DNA of 63,078 nucleotides, counting the filler, from Asterionella formosa (lineage: Eukaryota), in NCBI GenBank assembly GCA_002256025.1. It is 11 parts of 11 records of this genome, joined end to end, with 100 filler letters (N's around TTAATTAATTAA, not from the genome) between each part and the next. Parts side by side here need not be neighbours in the genome. Positions count along the whole stretch, not along the records: positions 1 to 24,389 come from NKIB01002251.1; positions 24,490 to 48,876 come from NKIB01002257.1; 9 more parts are not named here. One strand, written 5' to 3'. Made by a program: the position numbers and the translations under genes. Below the pieces are notes generated by a model. It saw nothing but the letters and a program-made list of their open reading frames with translations. It made no database searches and was not told where the DNA came from. This document shows, piece after piece, positions 23,450 to 34,436 of the stretch; position 1 is the stretch's first letter; every line of letters begins with the position of its first letter.

Positions 23450-24389
23450 TTAAGGTTCCTGCATTTGAACCCCTAGGCAAAAATTAAAATATTGCTTAGG
23501 GTTGCCGAAATTCCCTGGAACTAAGAACTTTTATGCGCTAATTTGAATATCAATGAATCCGTTTGAAAAATTCAAATGAGTGGAAATTTGCGCGTACGTA
23601 TATAGATTCCATTTCAAATGCATAAAATATGTAAATATAGATTCTTCATCGCTGAATGTTTTATATTGCTACTCTAGCGATAGTATACCTACTCGTATCA
23701 TAAATATGTTTCACATGCACGACCCGGCGGCTTCAAAATATATTTGAATGTGCAAACTATCAGTACTAAGGTACTGGTTAGCGTGCACTACCATTTACTA
23801 TGACGAATGATGATCAGTTACCTGGAACCGGTAGGTCTACCCGGTACTCGGTATTCCTACTCCGTACGGATTCCGGTATACGGGTAAACCTACCCGGTAC
23901 TCGATATTCCCACTCCGCACGGATACCGGTATACGGGTAGGATCGGCCAACACCCCAGAAAATGCTTCATGTGTATCCAGTGTGGCCGGCGTGGGATTGC
24001 ACGACCTCGCAAACCGTGCCAATCGAACGGATGTAAGGATAACCAATCAGAATATGATTATTACAGCGGGCAATTACATTGGAACTTTTTGTACACTAGA
24101 TTTTACGACTACAAATTTTAGCACAAGACTACCATTCCGATGATGACGTTTCGGCGATTAGTGATTCTGATTCCGACGTTTGGGTGACCGTTGAAAAGGC
24201 CGATATTGTCGAATTTTTGGACGACGATAGCTCAACGTTGGCAGGGTTTGAAGAAGAGTTAAGTACATAGGTAATCTTCATATAGCCCCAGAAGTTAACT
24301 TTCGGCGAGAAACTGCAGAAAGGAACTTCGGTTTTTTTACTAGGCCAAATAAACGAGTTAGCCCGGTAAAATCCACTATTTTCAGCATA
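23450..24389. mobile_element. Left part of the TTAA-flanked TIR element (Kolobok-like termini), running to the contig end
   Basis: TTAA (23450-23453) + GGTTCCTGCATTTGAACCCCTAG (23454-23476). Contains a ~53-bp tandem duplication (~23837-23938) and one arm (24304-24342) of a 39-bp inverted repeat whose partner is 53-91. Confidence 0.7.
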
Positions 24390-24489
24390 NNNNNNNNNNN
24401 NNNNNNNNNNNNNNNNNNNNNNNNNNNNNNNNNTTAATTAATTAANNNNNNNNNNNNNNNNNNNNNNNNNNNNNNNNNNNNNNNNNNNN
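24390..24489. other. Artificial contig linker (N44-TTAATTAATTAA-N44)
   Basis: Identical 100-bp spacer with stops in all six frames; also at 48877, 50462, 52040, 53618, 55195, 56772, 58349, 59926 and 61503. Confidence 0.98.
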
Positions 24490-24743
24490 CTGCTTCCCAC
24501 GTACAAATATTCCTCGCGCCCGGCACCCAAGGATCTAAATGGGGAGGGGGGGGTGTATTTTTTATGCATGATGATATTGGCTGTTGCTTCGGCCTTTTGC
24601 ATCCGCCGAGCAAGGTGGTGGCTGGAGGTGACACCTCCGGATCTGGCACTTCAGGTACCGGTAGACTACCAGGTACCGGTACGGTAATTGGTTACCCCCT
24701 ACCGCTACCTGGTACCAGGTACTGAGTATGATTACCTGGTAAG

Positions 24744-24830
24744 CAATTGTGGTATTTTTGCTGAAACAAAAACTTTAGCTATCTTTATCCTATATTAAAT
24801 TGTTTATTTAAGCAAAATGACCGCAACTTG
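24744..24830. mobile_element. ~88-bp MITE, diverged copy
   Basis: CAATTGTGGTATTTTTGCTGAA...TTTAGCTATC...AGCAAAATGACCGCAACTTG, colinear with 50282-50369. Confidence 0.75.
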
Positions 24831-25338
24831 CTGGAATACGGTAACAATTGTACTTTGTCAACGTGCATTTGTACTGCGATCTCAACGTAGCCCACTATAG
24901 AAGGCCGTACATCTGATGTTAGACGAACGCTGATGAAATTCTGCATGACGGTGAGGAGCGGGTACCTGGTACCATAGTCACCTACGGTATAATTTTACAT
25001 TACCGTATGGTGTTGTACACCACTGTAAAACGGCAAGTTGAGGTCTTTGAGAAATTTAGCTTTGTTTCCCTGAAACCTACGATACAATAGTGCTTCAACA
25101 GACCGCCCGCACATTCTATGTACGTTTAGTCCGTGGCATATTCTCGCTGAAAGAAAAGGGACACGAAAACCGGGTACGGTAATTAATTTCAAGAAGCAAA
25201 TGGTTACGTCGTTGTGTGTCGTCTCGATCTTGATACGTTGCGATCGTCGTCCTTGCGAATTCATTGTGTTTGTGATTACAGCACCTCTAGTGTTTCGAGA
25301 GACTTTATTATCCTCGTCCGCTTGTTAATCTACATAAA

Positions 25339-26499
25339 ATGATGAAATCCCGAACTGTCAAAACGAGCCGGAAATGGCAATTTCTCTCCCTTCTGGTTCT
25401 ATCAACTATCGCTGCAGCGTCAGAACATTCCGGAGTATCTGCACCAACTATTAACGCATTAAAGCTACCAACCATTACCAATGGTACATCCTACCCGCGG
25501 AAAAGTAAGCGAAAGCGGAAACCAAAGGAGACAGAGACCGTGGCAAGGAGTACAGTGAATAAGCTGCCAATCATGCACATCCACATGACCAAGAAACGAA
25601 TGATCATCTCTGAGGGGCAAACGACAGCCATCGTTTCGTCATCGATCAAAAAGGAACGAAGCGAAAATCCAAAGGTAAAACAATCAGCTGCCAAAAGAAG
25701 TTCCAAAGAAGGTGGCTCCCGCGAATCAGCCTCGCTTCGTCGAATTCAACGAGAATGGCGGGACGCGGCGAAGTTGGGCATTGCTTACGATTGGATCCAT
25801 AGTAAGACTATCGGTAAAGGTAATGGAAACAACTACGTGCGTATTGGACCTTTTGGAAACAATTTATTACGTTGGCATTTTTCTGTTTCAGGTCCACCCT
25901 CATCGGACTTCGCCAATGGCATCTATCATGGCCGCGTCTTGTTACCGAAGGACTATCCTGGCTCACCTCCACGTATCCAAGTACTGACCCCGTCAGGTCG
26001 TTTCTTACCCGGTCAAGATATTTGTCTAAGTGCATCATCCTTTCATCCGGAATCGTGGACTCCGAGGTGGACTGTGTTGAGTTTGGTAGATGCTCTAAGG
26101 TTGCACATGTTGACTCAAGCCAATGAAATTGGAGGTATGAACTCTACACCCCAAGAGAGGCGGGCGTTAGCCACGGCAAGTAGGAAATGGGGTGTAGGAA
26201 GAATTAATCATGCAATAATGATTGAGGAAGGTGTGTTTCCGATGGAAGAGGAGGATGTTGAAATCTATCAGCAGTCGACAACACCTATAAACGACATTAA
26301 CGGCAACCAACCGCAAAGTGGAAATGCTCATCCACCTGTTCGACAAACACCTGAAGCTGCGCCAGTTGCAAAGCAACAAATTCCTCGACAAGCTGGAGTT
26401 ATAACACAATTTTGTATGGCCGTCGTTGAAGTGTTGCGTAGTCCAGCTCGAATGCTAGCTCTCCTCTTGCTCACCATGTTCATAATTTTGAATAAATAA
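25339..26499 (+). CDS. Ubiquitin-conjugating enzyme E2, Ubc6/UBE2J type, with N-terminal signal peptide and C-terminal TM
   Basis: NLLRWHF..GPP.SDF.NG.YHG....P.DYP..PP.I..LTPSGRF....ICLS.S.FHPESW.P.W; WQFLSLLVLSTIAAA signal-like; C-terminal MLALLLLTMFIIL. Confidence 0.92.
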   Translation: MMKSRTVKTSRKWQFLSLLVLSTIAAASEHSGVSAPTINALKLPTITNGTSYPRKSKRKRKPKETETVARSTVNKLPIMHIHMTKKRMIISEGQTTAIVSSSIKKERSENPKVKQSAAKRSSKEGGSRESASLRRIQREWRDAAKLGIAYDWIHSKTIGKGNGNNYVRIGPFGNNLLRWHFSVSGPPSSDFANGIYHGRVLLPKDYPGSPPRIQVLTPSGRFLPGQDICLSASSFHPESWTPRWTVLSLVDALRLHMLTQANEIGGMNSTPQERRALATASRKWGVGRINHAIMIEEGVFPMEEEDVEIYQQSTTPINDINGNQPQSGNAHPPVRQTPEAAPVAKQQIPRQAGVITQFCMAVVEVLRSPARMLALLLLTMFIILNK

Positions 26500-27899
26500 A
26501 CTTCTGAATTGTCGAGGCATATATATATATATATATATATAGAATGTACCGGTATTTCTCGTCAATATACCTACTGGTATACCGGGCATAGTGTGCACCA
26601 AAAAATGTTCGTGATAGTAGACACTACATCTCAACTACAATGTTGTATGATAAAACCATGTTACCTATTAGTCAATAGTCTAGACTATCTGGTAGTCCTC
26701 TGCTATCGAGAATACCTGGAACTACCCCTGGGCAAAAACGATTGCGTCAATTCTTAAAATTTCTCTGGGACCATTTTGACTTTTGCGATTTTCTCCCGCT
26801 AGATTGCCCGAATGTGTGCCCTTGCGCTTACTAGCTACAGATCCATGTATGATAAATAAGTAGTTAATTTCAAATTGGCAAATACGTTTCAAAAAACATT
26901 TTGTTTTTCTTCGGGCTTTTTTGATCTACACTTATTAGTATGGTCATCTCGAGCAAAATGCAGATGCATGAGGACCCATGTTTCTTTGAACCATCACAGG
27001 AGCATATAGTACTACCAAGTAATTAATGTCTTATTTGATGAGAAACATCATCAAGATGATTTGAATCTTGGGAATGCACCAAAAAAATTTCAATTAATTT
27101 TACAGTATGCACATTAAAGCTATCCAATAACCGCACTTGGGCCCAAATAATTGGACATAATTAGTAGGTCTTGTTCATCCATACAGTACCATGGAACCTC
27201 CTGTCTTTTTGGCAGCCGCAACCCCCAGAACCATAGCTAGGGACTAAATGAAAAAGAAAGGTGGAATACACCAACGATGAGTGAGATTGATGCAAGTAAA
27301 TTTCCCAATAACGCGGTTTGGGACAAGTTATTGGATACCTATATGGACATAGATGATGATGCAATTGGATCTAGACTAGCTATGGCGTTCAAAAACAACC
27401 AGTTTGAATACCACGGAATTTATGATAAGCAGCTATTCCCTCACTTTTGATATGTTGGATATCAAACAGTTGTCAGACGTTATGGTGTTTTTAAATGCGC
27501 ATTACAAGATCTGATTCAATAATATCAAGTTTCTGGTCAAAAATGTTGACAATTTCACTCAAAACCGGTTTTATTATTTGTACTATCATTTATGGCTTCA
27601 ACTAGTGCCACATTTCTGCTCCTACGCAGTGCCACGTTTGAGTGATGGTGTTGCTAGGGACAGTGCAATTAATACATGTCCCTGCAGAGGATCAACGTGA
27701 AGTTGCCAAGCTTTGTCCTCATCAATGAAAAATCAAGAAAAATGGCAATGAGTTTGAGAACCCGCCCTGCAAAACAAGTTGTCAAAGCTTTGATGGAATT
27801 ATCAAAAGCGAATGAACACCATACACAATTACAGATTTAGCGCAAGAAACTCTTGCTGTAGAATGAGAGAAGGAACTAATGGATGTTGTAAGAATGTAC

Positions 27900-28500
27900 T
27901 GCGAAAAGTTGAAGGAAGCTTGGGCTGAAGTAGCAAGCAATGAATTGTCACTAAAATGTGGTGGTTAAGATTATCAAGAGAATGTCTTGATCAGTCAATG
28001 TGTAAGCAGCATCACCTAGTACTATGTAATATCCTGGATGAAGGTTGGATATAATCTTAAAAAACTGTGCTCTATTAAATGCCTTTTGATCTGAACATTT
28101 TACAGGTTCCACAACATCAAAGTATAGGAAGAAACAATTACTGTCACAAACAGCTTGAAAATTTAATCAATATGACATATAATGCCTAGACAAATATGCT
28201 TGAGGGAAGTCATCAAATAACCATGTATAGCACCAAGAATGCATCCACAAAATAGTTACTGCTTGCTTTTTTCAAGAAATCCATTCAACATCATGCTCTT
28301 TTCTCATTGTTTTCTGCAGGGAATTCAATTTGATATTGCTGTCTAGGAGTTCACAGCATCAAGGAACATTTGAGAGATTGCATAAAAAGATGGAAAAGTA
28401 ACTCCATTGACATAATAATGAATGTCAGCAAGATTTCCACCTTTAAGCCAGAGAAGACTGATGGCAAGGATGAACTCAGGATAAATATGCTGATTTGTGC
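27900..28500 (-). pseudogene. PIF/Harbinger (DDE_Tnp_4-like) transposase relic
   Basis: Broken minus-strand frames: GCILGAIHG (cf. GAIDG), LNFQAVCDSNCFFLY, SDQKAF, GYYIVLGDAAY. Limits approximate. Confidence 0.75.
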
Positions 28501-28975
28501 TGTACATAGTACTGTAACTTTCATTTGATTTGACAGCATCAGCATCAACTGTGATGGAAGGTCAAAGTAGTTTTAGTAGTAGGTAATTAATTGAAAGCTT
28601 GAAAGAACATGCAATATTCACAATGAAGCCTTTCCTTTTTGCATGGAAAAGCTTTGTCACATGATCATTTAAGTCAATTTGTTGATGCTCCCATTGCACT
28701 GATCGCACTGGCTTTGAGTTTCTATTGGAATCCAAAAATGATCAGCAAAATGCAAGTGGCTGCTGCAAGAAACAGAAATTTCTGTTGGGCTTGAATTTCC
28801 AGTTACCAGGGTACTCCGAAGTACTGTACCGGTATACTGTACCGGAATGGTGTGTGGCTGGTACATTCTTACTCATTTTGATTTTTTGCTTGCATTTGCT
28901 TGTGATTATCCATTTCATAAAGCAAATACATCCCAAATACATCACCCAGCGCTGTTACAAATAAAGAAGAATATA

Positions 28976-29622
28976 ATGGTAAGTAGGCGTTGTGAGATTG
29001 AGAGCGAATAGGGTTGTCTAACGAATGAATAAACTCGCATAACTGTGCATTAACTTTAGTGAATTCTCGCATTTCGCACTAACCCTGCTGTGGTGTGATT
29101 TTATTTGGCACAATAACTTAGCTTCCGTTATCACTACTGCAAGCTGCAACAAACTCTCCACTCTTAGTCGAGCTCAAGGGAGGCGATACCTACAATGGCC
29201 GTCTGGTGAGTTGCGACCCCTGGATGAACATGAACCTTCGCGATGTAATTTGCACCTCCAAAGATGGTGATCGCTTCTGGAAACTCGAAGGATGTTACAT
29301 TCGCGGATCGTCGGTAAAATACCTTCGCTTGTTGCCAGAAATCTTGGAGAAGGCTGTACAGGAGTCGCAGGAACAAAGTCAGAGACAATTTCAGCCACGA
29401 GCCGGCGGACGAGGACGGGGAAGTTACAACAATTATGACAGCGACACTAGGGGCCGAGGGGAAGGACGAGGCAGAGGTGACGGAAGGGGTAGAAGCGAAG
29501 GAAGAGGTAGAGGAGATGGACGAGGCGATGGTAGGGGTAGAGGCCGTGGACGCGGTAGAGGACGCTCTGATACTACCGGGCGAAGCAACTCGGGAGGAAC
29601 AGGTCGTGGGAGTTCCAATTAA
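28976..29622 (+). CDS. LSM4: U6 snRNA-associated Sm-like protein LSm4 (2 exons)
   Basis: Exon 1 is the ATG alone (28976-28978, then GTAAGT); exon 2 is 29122-29622: LPLSLLQAATNSPLLVELKGGDTYNGRLVSCDPWMNMNLRDVICTSKDGDRFWKLEGCYIRGSSVKY plus an RG/RGG tail. Confidence 0.93.
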
Positions 29623-30112
29623 GTGGGGCACTAGACTTCACTGCTAAGCAAAACGAGCGTCAGGCAATTTAGTTTTATTTTGCCACCCGAACCTAGCGTT
29701 ACAAAACATCATCTAATCGACCTCCGTTCCAAAATTGTAGCACGAGATTTCCTTTGACAATCGTGCAAACTTCATTCGTTTCGTCAGTCTTGAACTTAAT
29801 TTGTCCCTTAATCTCAGAATCAGTGATCACATACTATGTGAGAGCATGTTTTCCAAAGCATTGTTGTCCTTATTCCTGTAGTTGGTTGATTGAGATTACA
29901 AGTTTTCAAGTGGACCAAATTTTGCGAGAGTAATCTATCCATGATTTTCAGCATCCACAGGAGCTAAAACGATGCACACTATACTATACTCCTTCGTTGG
30001 ACTAACCAAAAAAGGTTGGAAACCCTTTTTACTTTTATCGCGATGAGATCAAATATCTGATAATACCCATTTATTGCTGCTACAAATTTCTAAACTGTCT
30101 CTTCATATCTCT

Positions 30113-31444
30113 CTATGAAATATCTTCAAAATACATCGCTTGCTGTTGTTCATCTGGTTTTTGAAAGGTTTGTACATCCGCTTCTACTCCCAAGTATGGC
30201 GCCCATGTCGGATGGACTCTGCTAGGCAGCATTTTGGTTGCGACACTGTGCAGTTGAAACTGAGTCGGGACGCGGGGTCTTCGGGATAACTTCATACCAA
30301 CGGATTTCAGTCGGTCCACTGTCAACGATCCCTTCCGACCGTTGCAAGTGCGACAGGAAGTGACGGCATTTTCCCTATTGTTGATGAAATCCAAACGTGA
30401 GAGAACAATATATAAACGAGGTCGAATATATCCAAAAGAGAACAGACCGCAACTGAACGCACCAATGCAATGCGCCGCCCAAACTTCTTGGGTGAACATG
30501 ATCCAAAGAAAGATCTCGCGTGTGAAATCTATCATTGCAATATTGGCACCGATATTCATCACGAAGAAAGACATTCCGCTTTGTAAAGGCAGGTTTCTGT
30601 GGTGCAAGAGTTAGACTTGATGTTCGAATTATTACATGAGAAGCTCTCTTTGCAAATACGTACACTATTGGGCTGTTGCACATAATCAATCAGGGCAATT
30701 ACAGACGGCAAGGGAATCTCAAGATTGGTAGCTCGAATCGACACACCTGGGTATACATCAACAACCGTAACCTTCCCCGCAAAGACAGCCTTGACTGCTT
30801 CTTGCCAGTGCCACATGGAGAGTGGTAGATATGAAATGGGCTGAGAATCCGACCAGTGGTATATTGTAAGTATCAAATCAGTAAGAAGCGCATCAAGAAC
30901 ACATCATCAAACAGTTATCATATTCCTCACCTGGTAATCAGCATTCAAGACAAGTGCTGGATGCCGATCTAACATTTTGAGGTAATCCTTTTGCTCTGAT
31001 TCTCCAACTTGTCCAAGCCCCTTTCGGTTTCTTTCCCTAGCCGCTTTTTCCTTCATGATTCCATTAGGTCCAAATATGTATTGGGACGCAACGTGTTGTG
31101 CCAGTTCCGCGTTGGTAATTGGCGATAGAGTATTACTTCTTCGTGCGCGAGCTACATGTTTGGGTCTTCTGGCTGGTACGGCAAATAGGTCTGAGCGTGT
31201 ATCAAGGGAGGAGCATCATAATTGACGTTTAGAAAGGAAGTTGAGATTCTATGTCAGTCATGGCAGCATAGCAACGATGCCTGGTTTGCCGTCAAGTCAA
31301 CTAACTTCACTTACCAGATGTGATAGCGAGGTTCGAGGCTAAACGAGGACTCGTTGGAGTGAAGCCAAGTACAGAAGCGAGGATGGAAAGAATGATAAAG
31401 AGCCGCAGAAAAGGAAGCTTTGGTCTGTAACCATATTTTGACAT
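30113..31444 (-). CDS. HNH endonuclease (bacterial McrA-like family), putatively plastid-targeted, 5 exons
   Basis: Exons 31444-31315, 31190-30931, 30840-30664, 30596-30463 and 30374-30113, all GT-AG and frame-consistent: PALVLNADYQPISYLPLS.W.WQEAVKA...PSVI...FTKRNVFLRDEYRCQYC..LSLDHV.PRS.GG..WENAVTSCRTCNGRKG. Confidence 0.9.
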
Positions 31445-32296
31445 CTTGTTGCAGCTTTGTTCGTTTAGAAGACCAACTGGAATCGACGATAGATGCAACT
31501 GTAATTCTGCGGATTCGAAACCACTTGTAGTTAGCAAGTAGGAACTTGTTGCACTGACTTTTGTTTCCTTGTATCCGTCTCGGTTCCTGCCAAATACTAA
31601 GTCAATGTTGTCGGATTCTTCGTACGTGTTCATCACGGAGGTTTACTTCTTTCTCGCTGTTGAAAATCACAACAGAACAAAAGAAGTGAAGCCGTGGAAT
31701 TTCCGGGTCTGTTGCGGGATTCGATACCGGCACTCCTTCCTAGAAAAGCTCGGTGAACTGTACAAAGCAGTAGTTGCGTCGAGCTTATTTTGGCGCGAAA
31801 ACGAACAAAACCAAGGGATCTCTCAAGCCAAGATTCGCTCCCTCGTCTGCTCTTCATCTGAGCAGGCAGCAGAAAACCCTAACCCAAAGCTGAAATGAGA
31901 ATCAACTGGTGTCCTCGTGTCTGTGGCGCATTGCGTCATTTGTTCACTGGTGTCTCGCAAAATCGTACGCACGATAGGCTAAATATTTCGTATTATAATC
32001 CTATATATAGATTTGTATACCACAATCACGTTTGCTCCATACTACTTCCACTTGAATAACGTGATTTCAATTTTTAATCAGCATTGTATAATGAATTGGG
32101 TATGCTGTCTCGCTAAAGGGTCCTTTCATGTCTATACACAGCATATCGGATATTGATTACTATACAACTCTGTAGACACCAATGCTAGTAGAGGCTTGCA
32201 GTTTGAAAACTGTAATTTTGTCGAGTAAACCTATGTAGCATTCTATCAAACAAGAACGCCAGCCATTTGGTTTTGCTTCGTATCGCACAGTTCACG

Positions 32297-34169
32297 ATGA
32301 AGTCCTTCCTTTGTCTAGCCGCTCTTTTTGGCCCTTCCGCAGTAGCGACAGCTGTGGACTTTGTTTCTGCGACGGTTGATGCAGTGCCAAGGGCCAATGC
32401 TGCCCAATTGATGATGAATCGACATGTAAACTCGACGGATCCCACAAAGAACCTCAAGCGAGGTCCGAGTCTTGAGGAGTTGGAACAACAACGAGAGGAA
32501 CGCATTGAACGCACCAGAGAACGCAGAGAACTAGCCCGCCAAAAGATTGCCAATCTTCAGCCTGATTTATCTCAACTAGAGTTTGTCACTAAAGAAGAAT
32601 TAGATTCCTTGGACGCGGACGAACACCCGTGGATCCGTCGGGCAGGTTGGCGAAACGACTGGAACAGTGCTTATGTTTTGAATGTGGCGGACCCCTCACT
32701 GAGTTATGATCGTTGGGCACAAGCTTATCGTATGCTCGGAGGATTTATTGATTGCGATCATCAGAAGTCACAGCGAGGCGGTGGTAAAAACGACAACAAG
32801 AACAACAATAACAATCAGGAACAGGGTTCTGGATGTTCGAGGTGGATGATGTGGGCTGCGGTAAGTACCATTCACCACTCGGAAATACGACAGAATGGAA
32901 CCTTCCAGCCATCGATTACAATTCTGGAGCTTCTGTTTACTGCTTTGGATCTGTCATGGCTATGGATTTCATGGAAATTGGGACCACATTATTGCTCACA
33001 CTACCTCCCTCCTTTCATTCTAACAGTACGTCGATCCTAACTACCAAGGAAATGGATACAACGAATATTATGGAGATAATCCGAAAGGCGTTTTGGATTG
33101 CCATTCCCCTGATACCCACTGGGAGCTTCTCGGAGTCTATCGTCAGGAATTCTACCAATTCATTGAACAAATTTCAAAGCACTTGTGGGCGTATGACGAG
33201 TATGAGTACATTGTTGCTCTCGCTGGTTTGTCCTACATGACTAATTACGAATGCTTTGCAGTGGGTGCAGACAATAGTGGAAATACTATTTACGCTTCAG
33301 TCGCCCCAAAGTCGGAAGGCAGATTTGAAATGGCATTGTACACGGATGACTACTGCTTACAGCCAAATAACAACTTGGGCAAGACCTATGATAGCTTTGG
33401 ACTGACGACTTCTATGAACAATAACGACAAGAATGACAAGAACGGAAACAATAACAACAACAACAACAACAATAACTACGACAATAGCGGTTACTATGAT
33501 TGGTGGACGGCTGCTCAAGAGTACACATTCACAAACCTCAATGATGTCTACGAAAGTTTCAGGTATTGCACTTCGTGCATGGACTACCCTACCTACCAAG
33601 ATGGATATTTCATTGGAGACGATGGAACCGATGATGGTGATTTGATTAATCAGTGCTGGAAGTTTTACTCTCATAACTCCTATACTTGCGAAAGTGATTG
33701 CATCGCCATGGGTCATGCTCAAGGGACCATTTTGAGTGTAACCATTGATGGCACCACCTTTGGTCAGACCATATCGAACTTTTACACGGTTTCTAGTTTT
33801 CAAGATCGGACCGGTTCGGTCTCGGAGTCGCGCTGGTCCCGCATGTTGGCGAACTCCTTTGTCACCTTATGTTTTATTGTCTTTGTTGCTACCTTTTTGG
33901 CATTTGCTGTAGCTCGCCGTTCTCGTCATCGGGAACGAGCAAGTGGACGGTCCCGACGTTTGTTAGACGAGAGTAGCAGGAGAAGCAGTCGATCTAAATC
34001 TGCAGCCAGGTCTGGTGGTATGTCGGCCAGCGGCAAATCATCGTCTCGATCCAAATCCCGCTCCAAGAGTACTTCGGGACGATCGAGAAAGGCTGAATAC
34101 GAGCCTCCTTCCAGCAAGTCTGGCCGGTCGTCGTCCCGTAAGTCTCGGCGACATTATGATGACTTTTAA
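32297..34169 (+). CDS. Signal-peptide, Cys/Asn-rich single-pass membrane protein with Ser/Arg-rich cytosolic tail (2 exons)
   Basis: Exons 32297-32860 and 33027-34169 (GTAAGT..TAACAG, phase 0). MKSFLCLAALF signal, poly-Asn runs, many Cys, TM SFVTLCFIVFVATFLAFAVA, then an RS/SK-rich tail. Confidence 0.85.
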
Positions 34170-34436
34170 TTGAATGTTTTGTTGGATCTCGTGGCTGAAA
34201 CCTAGTATGCATGTATACAAACTATTATTGAACAGTATCGTTAATGACGCTTTTAATACAATAACTGTAGATTTTATTTCAATTGGGTAGTAAATTCTCA
34301 TACGGCAGCCATGTGCTCATTTTGAAAATTTACGGAGCAATTCCATTCCACTCTAGACAACGAAATTGTGTTCGAAGGAGATAATGACACAATAACAGAT
34401 TTAGAATAGCAACGTGGCCTCCGCAATTCATCTTAG

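Noticed and set aside
24434..24445. Recurrent TTAATTAATTAA inside N runs as a biological repeat
   Set aside because: Identical 100-bp six-frame-stop linker between size-sorted contigs; an assembly artefact.
30113..31444. HNH gene as an IscB/Cas9/Fanzor-like RNA-guided system
   Set aside because: No RuvC motifs, no adjacent array or recognisable ncRNA, no transposon ends; it is an intron-containing host gene.
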